NCBI GenBank assembly: GCA_964519305.1
Contig: CAZFHY010000009.1
Location: forward strand, 32,001 to 96,000
Origin: Candidatus Undinarchaeota archaeon
Lineage (GTDB): Archaea > SpSt-1190 > JASMDC01
Length of the DNA stretch: 64,000 nt
Direction: 5' to 3'
Shown: piece by piece, positions 54,582 through 63,947 of the stretch
How the letters are laid out: each line of letters opens with the position of its first letter
Numbering within the stretch: position 1 is the stretch's first letter
Notes under the pieces: model-generated
Seen by the model: the letters and a program-made list of their open reading frames with translations, nothing else
What the model was told of the DNA's origin: nothing
Database searches by the model: none
Program-made: the position numbers and the translations under genes

Positions 54582-55703
54582 TTATACGTCTTTTCCACCG
54601 CGGGCACCACCACCTAGACCCACGGCCTGTTTCGCCCGCAATCCCAGATAGCGGTAGATAGCTCCTGTCAGACGTCGCAGCTGCTTGTTCCAGAGGGATG
54701 CTGCCGAGAAGTACACCAGGCCCTCAACGAACATCGACGACAGCATGGAGAACCGCACTATATCACCAATGGCCCGGTTGGATGCACCGGCCTCATCGTA
54801 ACGCTGCCGGATGGTCTTGGCGGTCTGCTCCTCGACCGAGAGTTCGCGACGATGGTCCATACTCTCGAGCACGTCTTCTGGTGGTATCGGCTGCTCACGC
54901 ACACGCTCGATGAGCGCGTCGAGGTCCTCTCCCTTCTCCTCGAAGTAGGTACGGATGATCGACCGACCGTATTCGAGGTCCGACTCCAAGTGGCGCACGA
55001 CCTCCTCATGGATGAGATTGTCCGAGTAGGGATTGGAGAGGAACACGCCCACGACGTTGGCGAGCACACAGTAGGGCTGACGGTGTATGTGGTAGCCCTT
55101 GAGGCCTGGTGCACGGACCCGGTTCCCCATATCGATGCCCAGCTCGCCCAGGGCTGCGTCCTCCTTCCCTACTGTATAGAAATAGGATGGATGGATATGT
55201 CGGATTCCGAACTCACCGTAGAAGCGCTTGAGAGTATCGAGAACTCCGGGCATCTGCTCGGGATTATGCACCTCTTCCTGGATGGCCCCATCAGCCGCCA
55301 GCGGTATAGCGTTCTCGAGACAGTAGATGACCGTCCGCACGTGCATGATGAACTTGCAAGTGATGCAGGCGAAGTGGAGGCAGTCCCAGTGACGTACCTG
55401 GTTGTCCATCCACCAGGGAGGGATCGGCATGATCGAATGACGTACCTTTCCAGGGAAGGCCTTCTTCAGTGCATCGGACGACTTCTCCGAGAACTTCACG
55501 AAGATATCGACGTCCGTCTCGTAGGTGACGAGATGGACCTCGTCAAGGAGCCGGGAGAGAATGCCCGAGGCCAGTGACGAGTCGCCGCCACCCGAGAACA
55601 TCACCGCTGCCCGTAGAGGTGTGCCCTTCGTCACGTCCCCCGGGTCCGTGTCGGTTGATTTAAAGGTTTGCGCTCCGCCGCTGTCGGCGCGATCATCCTT
55701 CAT
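54582..55703 (-). CDS. PP-loop (adenine nucleotide alpha-hydrolase) protein with CxxC and QPxC, paralogue A
   Basis: FSGGGDS, VHLVT, CITCK..MH, PEQ and QPYC; C-terminal extension. Confidence 0.82.
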   Translation of the reverse strand: MKDDRADSGGAQTFKSTDTDPGDVTKGTPLRAAVMFSGGGDSSLASGILSRLLDEVHLVTYETDVDIFVKFSEKSSDALKKAFPGKVRHSIMPIPPWWMDNQVRHWDCLHFACITCKFIMHVRTVIYCLENAIPLAADGAIQEEVHNPEQMPGVLDTLKRFYGEFGIRHIHPSYFYTVGKEDAALGELGIDMGNRVRAPGLKGYHIHRQPYCVLANVVGVFLSNPYSDNLIHEEVVRHLESDLEYGRSIIRTYFEEKGEDLDALIERVREQPIPPEDVLESMDHRRELSVEEQTAKTIRQRYDEAGASNRAIGDIVRFSMLSSMFVEGLVYFSAASLWNKQLRRLTGAIYRYLGLRAKQAVGLGGGARGGKDV

Positions 55704-55715
55704 CTGCGAGCCACC

Positions 55716-56096
55716 TCACGCTATTGAGAGCTGTCCGATGGCCCCGAGAACGACAAGGACGAGCGCCAGCGTCATCACGACGCCCGATAGCGCGCACAGG
55801 GGAGCGAAGTTACGGTAAACGATACCGCCTACGCCGGGCGAGTGCCTGAGGAGGCGTCCTACGATCCGGCACCTCGCTCGCGGGCTCACGTCGGGTTCGG
55901 CAAGGAGTACGGGAGCTGTGTCGGCCAGATAGGATAGGTAGAATCGAGCAGGTGCCCTGTACCGCGGGAGCACGAGGGCCGTGAGAACTAGCACGGGAAC
56001 GAACACGATGTTGAACGCTGTCGTGACCGCGAGCGCCAAGAGGAAACCCACATACGAAACAGGTTCCCGTCCCTCGTTCCCACCACAGCAAACCAT
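55716..56096 (-). CDS. Small membrane protein starting MxCCG, paralogue A
   Basis: MVCCGG, TM helix, R.RCR..G.L....P.....Y..F, then TM helix. True start is ATG 56096. Confidence 0.78.
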   Translation of the reverse strand: MVCCGGNEGREPVSYVGFLLALAVTTAFNIVFVPVLVLTALVLPRYRAPARFYLSYLADTAPVLLAEPDVSPRARCRIVGRLLRHSPGVGGIVYRNFAPLCALSGVVMTLALVLVVLGAIGQLSIA

Positions 56097-56127
56097 TAAA
56101 GGTACTCTCCTGTATCGCTCAATAATA

Positions 56128-56165
56128 CTTAACGGGGTAAAATATATTAACTTAACGCCGTTAAG
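56128..56165. promoter_or_regulatory. Bidirectional TATA element flanked by two copies of a palindromic operator
   Basis: Perfect CTTAACG-C-CGTTAAG at 56151-65 and degenerate CTTAACG-G-GGTAAAA at 56128-42 on either side of TATATTAA. Confidence 0.7.
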
Positions 56166-56175
56166 GTAGTGTATT

Positions 56176-56520
56176 ATGAAACCACCATGCGAGATTGTGA
56201 CAATGCACATTCTCCCCGCTGTCCGGTCATCCTTGTCGCGTATGCTGGTCGAGAAGCACGGGATGACGCGCGCTGCCGTCGCCAAGCGACTGGGCGTCAC
56301 CCAAGCGGCCGTGACCCAGTACTTCAAGGCGGTGAGGGGCACCCGGAACAAGGAGGTCATCGACGAGAACTTCAGTGACCTCATCGATGATATCGCCACC
56401 CGCATCGCGCGGGGTGAGGACGAGCTCGAGGGCATCTGTGGTCTCTGCAAGACCATCAGGAACGATGAGCGGTTCAAGCGGTACATCGAGCGGGGCAAGT
56501 GCGACGTCTGTACGGGATAG
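56176..56520 (+). CDS. Cys-rich HTH transcriptional regulator (COG2522-like)
   Basis: PCE...LP..R, HTH (VAKRLGVTQAAVTQY...RG), C..C and a C-terminal C..C. Confidence 0.88.
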   Translation: MKPPCEIVTMHILPAVRSSLSRMLVEKHGMTRAAVAKRLGVTQAAVTQYFKAVRGTRNKEVIDENFSDLIDDIATRIARGEDELEGICGLCKTIRNDERFKRYIERGKCDVCTG

Positions 56521-56523
56521 GTC

Positions 56524-57276
56524 ATGCCAAAGCGTGAAAAAGAGCGAGAGGAACCACCTGACGATCGCGGGGACGATGTTGCCGTCCTGTTCTCAGGGGG
56601 AGTCGACTCGACAACGGTCGCCGTGCTGGCCGCCGAGCGGTTCAAGCGGGTTCATCTCCTCACCTTCAACACAGGCTTCCTCTACAACATGGACCTATCG
56701 GGCAAGCACGTGGTCACCCTCAAAGAGCTCTTCGGTGATGATGCCATACGTCACGAGCTCATCGACATCCGTCGCGTCTGGCGCGCCGTCCAGCGCACGA
56801 ACATCACCTCGGACCTGCTGCGCTACCGATCATGGTTCATCCTGTGCATGGGATGCAAGCTGACCATGCACGCTGCCACCATCCGCTACTGTCGTGAGCA
56901 CGGGATACACCATGCCTATGGCGGCGAGAACGTATGCCAGGACCAGTATCCCGAGCAGAAGCAGGCCATTCTCGACGAACTCCAAGGTCTGTATAAAGAG
57001 TACGACATCACCTATGAGTCGCCGGTGTACAACTTCACGAATATTGAGGAGGACACCAAGCTCCAGTCCCTCGGGTTCCGGCTCGGACATCACCTCAAGC
57101 TCTTCCCTAATACCAAGGGTTCCTATCACGGCACCCAGCCTTTCTGTCTCTCCTTCCCGATCTATCCTTTCGCGAACATGTTCCCACCAAAGGACACGCC
57201 CGTAGTCGAGTATCTCCAAGAGCACCTTCCACGGGCACGTGCGTTCATCGAGGACGAGCATAGGGAGGATGACTGA
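56524..57276 (+). CDS. PP-loop protein with CxxC and QPxC, paralogue B
   Basis: FSGGVDS, VHLLT, CMGCK..MH, PEQ and QPFC. Confidence 0.85.
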   Translation: MPKREKEREEPPDDRGDDVAVLFSGGVDSTTVAVLAAERFKRVHLLTFNTGFLYNMDLSGKHVVTLKELFGDDAIRHELIDIRRVWRAVQRTNITSDLLRYRSWFILCMGCKLTMHAATIRYCREHGIHHAYGGENVCQDQYPEQKQAILDELQGLYKEYDITYESPVYNFTNIEEDTKLQSLGFRLGHHLKLFPNTKGSYHGTQPFCLSFPIYPFANMFPPKDTPVVEYLQEHLPRARAFIEDEHREDD

Positions 57277-57597
57277 ATGCCGTGCTGTGGCGTGTCCCCG
57301 GACACTAACACTCCGTTCATGCGGCTCTTCGTCTTCGTGCTCGGCCTATTCCTCAGCTTCCTAGCGCTCGTGAGGCCCGGGTATAGTAAGCTGGCGAGGA
57401 ACGCCTATGCTTACGTCTTCAAGGGCACGGACATGGAGCGGCGGGTGAAATGCAAGCTCACCGGCCAGCTCATGCCCCGATACCCGCGCCTGGCAAGCTA
57501 TCTCTACAAGACCTTCGAAGTGAACTTCCTGCGTGTGTCGGTCGTCGGGATGATCGCTCTCGTCTTCCTGGTCCGCCAGGCAATAGTGACGTTCTAG
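57277..57597 (+). CDS. Small membrane protein starting MxCCG, paralogue B
   Basis: MPCCG, TM helix, R.KCK..G.L....P.....Y..F, then TM helix. Confidence 0.78.
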   Translation: MPCCGVSPDTNTPFMRLFVFVLGLFLSFLALVRPGYSKLARNAYAYVFKGTDMERRVKCKLTGQLMPRYPRLASYLYKTFEVNFLRVSVVGMIALVFLVRQAIVTF

Positions 57598-57601
57598 CGG
57601 C

Positions 57602-58636
57602 TCATGCCCCTATGTAGCGGGCATAGAGCGAGCGTGCCACGCTCGGATCATCGGTCCCTCGTACTAGCGCACGACCATCCTTGAAGACGACAAGCTCGTT
57701 CTCGGCCAGCGAGAGTGTGAGCGTGTGCTCTGTCAGCTGCACCTCGCCAAGGCCCCGGAGACGCTCCGATAGCTCCGGAAGGGAGAGTTCTCCTGATTTG
57801 GCCGGTGTCACCTGCACCATCTCTCGACCGCACATGATAGTGGTCAGACCGGTCCGTCCACCCTCAAGGAACTCGTAACGCCCCTCTCCACAGCATCCGC
57901 ATCGCGGGTCCCGTGCGACCTCCACTCGCCGCAGCTCGCGCCGCCAGGCATCGTAGACGACAAGGTCCCTGTCAATGTCCTCCCGGCCCAGGATGAGCTT
58001 GAGGGCTTCAGAGGTCTCCAGTGCCCCGATCACAAGGGGGAGGGTGTTGAGCACGCCGACGCGATCGCACGTATCCAGCGATCCGGGCGGGGGCAGGGAG
58101 GGAAGACAGCACCGGAGGCATGGCGTATCCCCAGGTACTATCGTCAGGCTCATCCCCAAGGTGGACACGGCACCACCGTACACCCACGGCACACCATGTT
58201 TCACGCATGCGTCGTTGAGTAGGAACCTGCTCTCGAGGTTGTCGGTGCCATCTATGACGACGTCCATTCCGTCAAGGAGGTCCTCAACGGTCTTAGGGCC
58301 CACGTCCTTGACAACACCTTCCACGACCACATCATGGTTGATGGCCTGGAGGCGCTCGACCGCAGCGATTGCCTTGGGCGAACCTACGTCGCCCTCGTCG
58401 AACAGCACCTGACGCTGTAGGTTGCTCAGTTCCACAAGGTCCCGGTCGACCAGCCTCACATGTCCCACGCCCGCCCGGACGAGAGCGGATGCCACGACCG
58501 TGCCCAGGGCCCCGACACCGATGACCAGTGCCGACCCACCAGCGAGCCGTTCCTGTCCCTCGGTACCGACCTCGGGAAGGATTACCTGCCTTCCATACCT
58601 GTCGTCGGAGGGTCTGGGACCATCGGTAGTCGCCAT
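57602..58636 (-). CDS. ThiF/MoeB E1-like adenylyltransferase with an extra C-terminal domain
   Basis: RY.RQ, G.GALG, DRD.VELSNLQRQ, DN..SR, C..C, active-site TC and C..C. Confidence 0.92.
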   Translation of the reverse strand: MATTDGPRPSDDRYGRQVILPEVGTEGQERLAGGSALVIGVGALGTVVASALVRAGVGHVRLVDRDLVELSNLQRQVLFDEGDVGSPKAIAAVERLQAINHDVVVEGVVKDVGPKTVEDLLDGMDVVIDGTDNLESRFLLNDACVKHGVPWVYGGAVSTLGMSLTIVPGDTPCLRCCLPSLPPPGSLDTCDRVGVLNTLPLVIGALETSEALKLILGREDIDRDLVVYDAWRRELRRVEVARDPRCGCCGEGRYEFLEGGRTGLTTIMCGREMVQVTPAKSGELSLPELSERLRGLGEVQLTEHTLTLSLAENELVVFKDGRALVRGTDDPSVARSLYARYIGA

Positions 58637-58740
58637 GATGGTGATATGATGGAGGAACAGGGATAAAAACATGGCCTTTTGGGCCTTTCCACGCCCAGGC
58701 CCAAGCGAAAAGTCCTAAAACCTTCCCCTCCTGCGACGGG

Positions 58741-59925
58741 GTGATGGCGCTACCGGGTACCGTGCTCGTGCGATATGGTGAGCTCGCACTGAAGAAGGGC
58801 ACGATCCGCACAGGTTTCGAGCGGGAGCTCGTCCGTAATATCCAGCGCCTCCTTGAGCACAAGGGCATTCAAGGAAAGGTCACCCGGGACCGCGGACGCG
58901 TGTTCATCGCTACCGACGAGCCACGTGCTGCTGCCGAGGCGACCGCACGCGTGTTCGGTGTCACATCGTGTTCCGTCGTCGAGACCTGTGGCGTAGAGAT
59001 GGATGTCATCGTAAACGCCGTCGCGTCCTTCGCAGCAGAGCACCTCCCCTCTGACACATCGTTCGCCGTCCGGGCCCGCCGCGCAGGCACCCACTCGTTC
59101 ACCAGCATCGATGTCGGTAAGGCCGTCGGCCAGGGTATACGCGACGAACGGCCTGACCTCACCGTCGACCTGGATGCACCTGTGAGCGAGGTGTTCGTCG
59201 AAGTGCGACAGAAAGAAGCGTACTACTTCCTCGACCGTGTGGAGGGCACCGGCGGCCTCCCCCTCGCCACCCAGGGCAGGACCGCAGTGCTCATCTCGGG
59301 TGGTATCGACTCGCCCGTTGCCGCATGGCTCATGATGAAGCGCGGTTGTGTCCCCATCTTCATCCACTTCGTGCTCGATCCCTTCTCCGACATGGCCAAC
59401 CGCGACCGCGCAGTGGACATGTGCCACCGGCTCAAGTGCTGGGCCATCGGCCGCAAGGTCAAGCTATACCTCGTCCCGCACGGTGAGAACCTAGCCGAGA
59501 TCGCGCGATCGTGCCCGCACCACCTCCAGTGCGTCCTGTGTCGCAGGATGATGTACCGTATCGCCGACGTCATCGCAGAACGCGAGCGTGCTCTCTCGCT
59601 CACCACAGGGGAGAGCCTCGGACAGGTGGCATCACAGACCGCTGAGAACCTCTTCGTCGAGGACAGGGTGTCCACACGACCTGTGTTCCGCCCGCTCATC
59701 GGCCTGGACAAGCTCGAGATCACGCGTATCGGTGAGCGCATCGGTACGTTCGAGGTTTCGGTCAAACCGGCCGGGTGCTGCACGATAACCCCTGACCGCC
59801 CCGAGAAGCGGGGGAAGCTCCCTATCGTCGAGGAGGCGGAGCAGGCGCTGGACATCGACGCCCTTGTGAAGGCTGCCCTGGAGGGCGCCAAGATCGTCGA
59901 GGTGGAGGCGAAAGGATGCGAGTGA
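58741..59925 (+). CDS. thiI: tRNA 4-thiouridine synthase ThiI (rhodanese-less, CxxC+C type)
   Basis: VRYGE..LK, THUMP domain, SGGIDSPVA, CVLCRR, GESLGQVASQT, RPLIG.DK and CC. Confidence 0.95.
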   Translation: MMALPGTVLVRYGELALKKGTIRTGFERELVRNIQRLLEHKGIQGKVTRDRGRVFIATDEPRAAAEATARVFGVTSCSVVETCGVEMDVIVNAVASFAAEHLPSDTSFAVRARRAGTHSFTSIDVGKAVGQGIRDERPDLTVDLDAPVSEVFVEVRQKEAYYFLDRVEGTGGLPLATQGRTAVLISGGIDSPVAAWLMMKRGCVPIFIHFVLDPFSDMANRDRAVDMCHRLKCWAIGRKVKLYLVPHGENLAEIARSCPHHLQCVLCRRMMYRIADVIAERERALSLTTGESLGQVASQTAENLFVEDRVSTRPVFRPLIGLDKLEITRIGERIGTFEVSVKPAGCCTITPDRPEKRGKLPIVEEAEQALDIDALVKAALEGAKIVEVEAKGCE

Positions 59926-60179
59926 TCCGGCCCTGCACGTCCAAGGGAGGTTTCGTGCTCGAGTTCCCTAAAGGTCGGCGCCTGGGCATGGGCGATGTGA
60001 GCGACCTCCTCGCCCCTGTAGATGACGCAAAGGTGCTGTCAACGACGCCGGTCGTTGTGATGGCCGAGGTCAGTGGTGTACGCGTGAGCGTCCACCCGCG
60101 AAAGCTCCTTGTGCTGACACGCGAGAAGGATACTGCCCAAGAGGTCGCGGAGCGTGTGTACGATGCGCTTTTCCCATGA
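59916..60179 (+). CDS. Small protein resembling the C-terminal domain of the neighbouring ThiF
   Basis: Overlaps the thiI stop; pattern PC...F...P...L...L...TP.V....VSV..RKLLV....A. Confidence 0.65.
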   Translation: MRVIRPCTSKGGFVLEFPKGRRLGMGDVSDLLAPVDDAKVLSTTPVVVMAEVSGVRVSVHPRKLLVLTREKDTAQEVAERVYDALFP

Positions 60180-60192
60180 GGGGCGACTTGAA

Positions 60193-61500
60193 CTATAACA
60201 GACCTGGCAGCCCGGTCACCAGCATCACGACACCGATGAACAGGAAGAAGATGGTGGCGGCGATCTTGGTCCCTGCCACATGCTTCTTGAACAGGTCCTG
60301 CATGCTCTTTGACGTGGTCTCAAGGTAGGCGGCAACGAACACGATGACGAGCGGGGAGATGAACAGCAAGTTGTACAGGATCAGGTAGAACATGGCCTGT
60401 GAGCGCAGTTCGGGCACTCCGAGGATATACACGATGGTCGGGAGATAGACCTGCCCCGTGCAGAGGAACTCGAAGAACGTGATGCCGAAGCCAACAAAGA
60501 AGGCGAAGGCCGCAAGGTACTCGGAGCGCGCTGCCGTCCGGACGATCGTATGGGTGGCCTTCTTGGCCCACTTGGGCATCTGAAGCGTCATCTCGTTCGG
60601 GTCACCGTCCCGGGCCCGGCAATAGTCGCGATAAGACAGGGCAGCGAACACGAGCGCTATGAATCCGGTGGCGGGATAGATAAGGGCCGACACAAGTGAG
60701 AAGCGCTCGACATAGACGAGCATACGCCTGAACCAGAGCCCCAGGAGAAGGTTGGCAGAGAAGACGCCAGCCGAGTAGAGGATTCCAATGAAGAGCACCT
60801 CCTTACCCTTCCGCTGGATGTAGGCAAGATAGGATATGAAGAAGATGAGACCGGCGATAGCACAGGGATTGATGCTGTCGACAAGACCGGCTATGATCAC
60901 AGCGGACGCAGAGAAGCTCGTGAAACGGTCGATGATTGAGTTACGTCCGGCCTCGACGCCTCCCGTATGGAAGACTTCGCACGAGCACGGGATCCCCTCT
61001 TCCGGTGCGGTGGATATGCTCTTCTCGAGCCCAGCGCGGACCTCCTCCTCACCTATGAAGTGGGTCTGGCCGACATAGAGGGCCGGGACGAAGGCACGTT
61101 TTTCCGGTGGGACGCCGAACTGTGCGTCCATCGCCTCTTTGATCTCGGCGTTCTCAGGGAATAGGATGTTCATCTTATGGACATAGAGCCGAGGATGTCG
61201 GACCGCGAGCTCATCGAGGTAGGTCGACACTCGTGCGCAAGAGCCACAGGTCGGAGAGTAGAAGTAGGCAACGCAAATGCCATTCGGTGGGCAGTCCATA
61301 GGCTCGTCGGCCACCAGCTCCTGTACAGTGGGAGTGGTGTCGGTCCCGCATGATTCGGCTACGATGGAGCATGCCTCGCCCTCAGCAGGCTCGGAAGTGC
61401 TCGTGCCAATATCTGAGGATGAGGCGATTGCCTCAAGACCCTGAGCGGCAGCTGCCGCGGGGACTAATATGAGAAGGAGCGCGATGATGAGCGCTCGCAC
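60193..61500 (-). CDS. Thioredoxin-domain / CcdA (DsbD-like) membrane protein
   Basis: Signal peptide, YFYSPTCGSC with VP, GLVDSINPCA, EFLCTGQVY and six TM helices. Start approximate. Confidence 0.88.
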   Translation of the reverse strand: MRALIIALLLILVPAAAAAQGLEAIASSSDIGTSTSEPAEGEACSIVAESCGTDTTPTVQELVADEPMDCPPNGICVAYFYSPTCGSCARVSTYLDELAVRHPRLYVHKMNILFPENAEIKEAMDAQFGVPPEKRAFVPALYVGQTHFIGEEEVRAGLEKSISTAPEEGIPCSCEVFHTGGVEAGRNSIIDRFTSFSASAVIIAGLVDSINPCAIAGLIFFISYLAYIQRKGKEVLFIGILYSAGVFSANLLLGLWFRRMLVYVERFSLVSALIYPATGFIALVFAALSYRDYCRARDGDPNEMTLQMPKWAKKATHTIVRTAARSEYLAAFAFFVGFGITFFEFLCTGQVYLPTIVYILGVPELRSQAMFYLILYNLLFISPLVIVFVAAYLETTSKSMQDLFKKHVAGTKIAATIFFLFIGVVMLVTGLPGLL

Positions 61501-61507
61501 GACAGCG

Positions 61508-62044
61508 TCAGCAGCCCGCAATGCCCTCACCGATCCCGCACACGATCCTGCGAAGCTCGTCGTAGGCAGTGAACCCGACCTTGACACGATCGCAGGCGAA
61601 CACCAGAGTGGGTGTCGCCCGTATACTGTAGCCTCGGCTCATCCTCATGGCCTCGTCGAACGCTGTCTGTCCCACCTCGTCGACACACTTAGCACCGTCG
61701 TCATCCTTGAAGGCGATGCATTGCTTGTTGAGGTCGAATCCGTCACCGAGCTCCTCCTTCAGGCGCTCGAGGCCCGGTTTCGTCTTCACGCAAGCACCAC
61801 ACGATGGCGCATAGAAGTAGTCCAGGCGTATCTTTCCCGGCTCAAGGCACTCGTCGATCCGGTCGAGGACCCGGAGCCCGAATCCATCCACAACGGGAGC
61901 ACTGCCGCCACCAGGGCCCATAAGGAACACACCTCCGACGACGACCGTCATGAACAGGCCGACCAGGAGGAGAGTGCGCGCGACAGGGATTTCGATATCC
62001 GTGTCCTTTCCCTTGTTCCGTTTCTTATGGGTCACTCTCCCCAT
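61508..62044 (-). CDS. Membrane-anchored thioredoxin-like protein
   Basis: TM helix, YFYAPSCGAC and ATPTLV. Confidence 0.85.
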   Translation of the reverse strand: MGRVTHKKRNKGKDTDIEIPVARTLLLVGLFMTVVVGGVFLMGPGGGSAPVVDGFGLRVLDRIDECLEPGKIRLDYFYAPSCGACVKTKPGLERLKEELGDGFDLNKQCIAFKDDDGAKCVDEVGQTAFDEAMRMSRGYSIRATPTLVFACDRVKVGFTAYDELRRIVCGIGEGIAGC

Positions 62045-62069
62045 GGTCGTTGCCTCCAGTACGACTACT

Positions 62070-63947
62070 CTATGCAGCCTTGGCCAGCTCTTTATCGATG
62101 ATGTCCTTGAAGACCGCGAACGGCTGGGCACCGCTGATCGAGAATCCGTTCACGAAGAACGCCGGGGTTCCGGACACGCCGTACTCCTGACCATCATCCA
62201 GGTCCTTCTGGACCTCGTTGGCGTACTTGCCGCTGTCAAGGCACGTCTTGAACGCATCCATGTCGAGGCCGATGTCCTTGGCGAACTGCTCGAGCCCTGC
62301 TGCGTTTATGCCTGCTTGGTTCTCATAGAGGGCGTCATGGTACTCCCAGAACTTGCCCTGCTCCTCCGCACAGTGACTGGCCTCTGAGGCCTTCCGGGCG
62401 AAGGGGTGGAGCTGGTCGAGCGGGAAGTCGCGGTAGACGAAGCGCACCTTGTCACCGTACTCCTCGAGTATCTGCTTGATCGTGGGCTCGGCGCGCGAGC
62501 AGAAGGGGCACTGGTAATCTGAGAACTCGATGATGGTCACCGGTGCGTCCTCAGGACCCAGGGCCGGATCGTCGTCCACGCCCGGCGGCTGCAGGTACTT
62601 GCCGGCACCGACCGCACCGGGGCTGACTAGATATTGATCGCCCTTCTGGATCAGCACTTGGGCGACCTTATCGTAGTTACCCGCCTGTAGCACGCTCGAA
62701 TCGAATATGTACGCAGGTACTGCCTTGATATCCAGGTCCTCTATCATCTTCTTCCCCTCTGCAGAGGAGATATCTACATTGGTGACCTGGACCGTGGGGA
62801 ACAGTTGCGTGCGGAAGATACCGATGAGCTCGGAAGGATCACAGGCATCACAGGCCTCGTCGTTCAGGACCGTGAGCTTCACGACCGGATCGTTGTCGCT
62901 GGGCCGCTCGCCGGTGAGTATCAACTCGATGACCTCCTCGAAGGCCGGGTAGGGCTGTGCTCCGGAGATTGTCTCCTCCATGAGTCGTCCGTTCGCGTCC
63001 GTCCCCTGGATAATGAAGCCCGGCGTACCGGTGATGCCCTTGGCCTGACCTTCGGCCATGTCGTCCTTGACCTTCTGTGCCTTCTCATCCGAGTCCAGAC
63101 AGTTATCGAAGGTCGCTGTGTCGAGGCCCAGGTTCTTAGCGTACCCCTTGAGTGAGGGGACAGTTAGAGCGTTCTGGTTTTCGAAGAGCATGTCATGGTA
63201 CTCCCAGAACTTGCCCTGGTCACGAGCACATTCCGATGCTTCTGCGGCCTTCTGAGCGTTCTCGTGGAAGCCCAGCGGGAAGTGCTTGAAGATTATATTG
63301 ACCTTATCCCCGTAGGTGGCCTTGATCTGTTCCATAATAGGAACGGCCCTCGAACAGAACGGGCACTGGAAGTCGCTGTACTCCAGGATCGTGATCTCTG
63401 CATCCGTCGCCCCTCCGCTTGGGCGTTGAGTGGCTGTAGGGGCCTTCGTCGGGGCCGCCGTGGGCGCTGCTGTCGGTTTAGCTGTCACCTTCGGGGTGCT
63501 ATCCGTACCGGTCTCCTTCTGGATGATCGTGTCGACCGCTGCTCCTTGGACGCCCATGAGCTCTAGACTGGCCTTGACGTCCGCTGCCGCAACACCACGT
63601 GCGAGCTGGTACTGCACGAAGGCCTCGACGTTCTTTGCAGGGATCCCTGCAGAGGTTTGAGTTGTGCCGGTGGCACCGATCCGTATGCTGCCCATGGACA
63701 GTCCCACCGCAGCGATCACCATCACGGCGGCCAGCACCATCGCAGCGACCATCCAGGCGTTCGTTCCGTTCTCTGCGTTATCCAAGCGCTCCTCGACCTC
63801 ATCGAGTTCATCCGCTAGTTCTGTGAACCGACGGTTCATCTCGACGATACCGTCGTCCACTTCATCGAGACGCTCTTTGACGAGCTTGAGGGATACTCCT
63901 GATGTTCTCGCTTTCACCGGCCTTGCAGCCTTCTTCTTCTCTACCAT
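62070..63947 (-). CDS. Multi-domain DsbA-family oxidoreductase (two DsbA domains and a central Trx-like domain)
   Basis: Two SD(F/Y)QCPFC...FPL...GTP.F domains, central CDAC/VP, and an N-terminal coiled coil, TM helix and PT-rich linker. Confidence 0.9.
   Translation of the reverse strand: MVEKKKAARPVKARTSGVSLKLVKERLDEVDDGIVEMNRRFTELADELDEVEERLDNAENGTNAWMVAAMVLAAVMVIAAVGLSMGSIRIGATGTTQTSAGIPAKNVEAFVQYQLARGVAAADVKASLELMGVQGAAVDTIIQKETGTDSTPKVTAKPTAAPTAAPTKAPTATQRPSGGATDAEITILEYSDFQCPFCSRAVPIMEQIKATYGDKVNIIFKHFPLGFHENAQKAAEASECARDQGKFWEYHDMLFENQNALTVPSLKGYAKNLGLDTATFDNCLDSDEKAQKVKDDMAEGQAKGITGTPGFIIQGTDANGRLMEETISGAQPYPAFEEVIELILTGERPSDNDPVVKLTVLNDEACDACDPSELIGIFRTQLFPTVQVTNVDISSAEGKKMIEDLDIKAVPAYIFDSSVLQAGNYDKVAQVLIQKGDQYLVSPGAVGAGKYLQPPGVDDDPALGPEDAPVTIIEFSDYQCPFCSRAEPTIKQILEEYGDKVRFVYRDFPLDQLHPFARKASEASHCAEEQGKFWEYHDALYENQAGINAAGLEQFAKDIGLDMDAFKTCLDSGKYANEVQKDLDDGQEYGVSGTPAFFVNGFSISGAQPFAVFKDIIDKELAKAA

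Noticed and set aside
56097-56645. 309-aa version of the MxCCG protein
   Set aside because: The upstream part is antisense to the HTH and PP-loop genes; the paralogue alignment supports ATG 56096.
54582-57276. Calling the PP-loop proteins QueC or MnmA
   Set aside because: Only SGGxDS is shared; the QueC CxxCxxC cluster and MnmA-specific motifs are absent.
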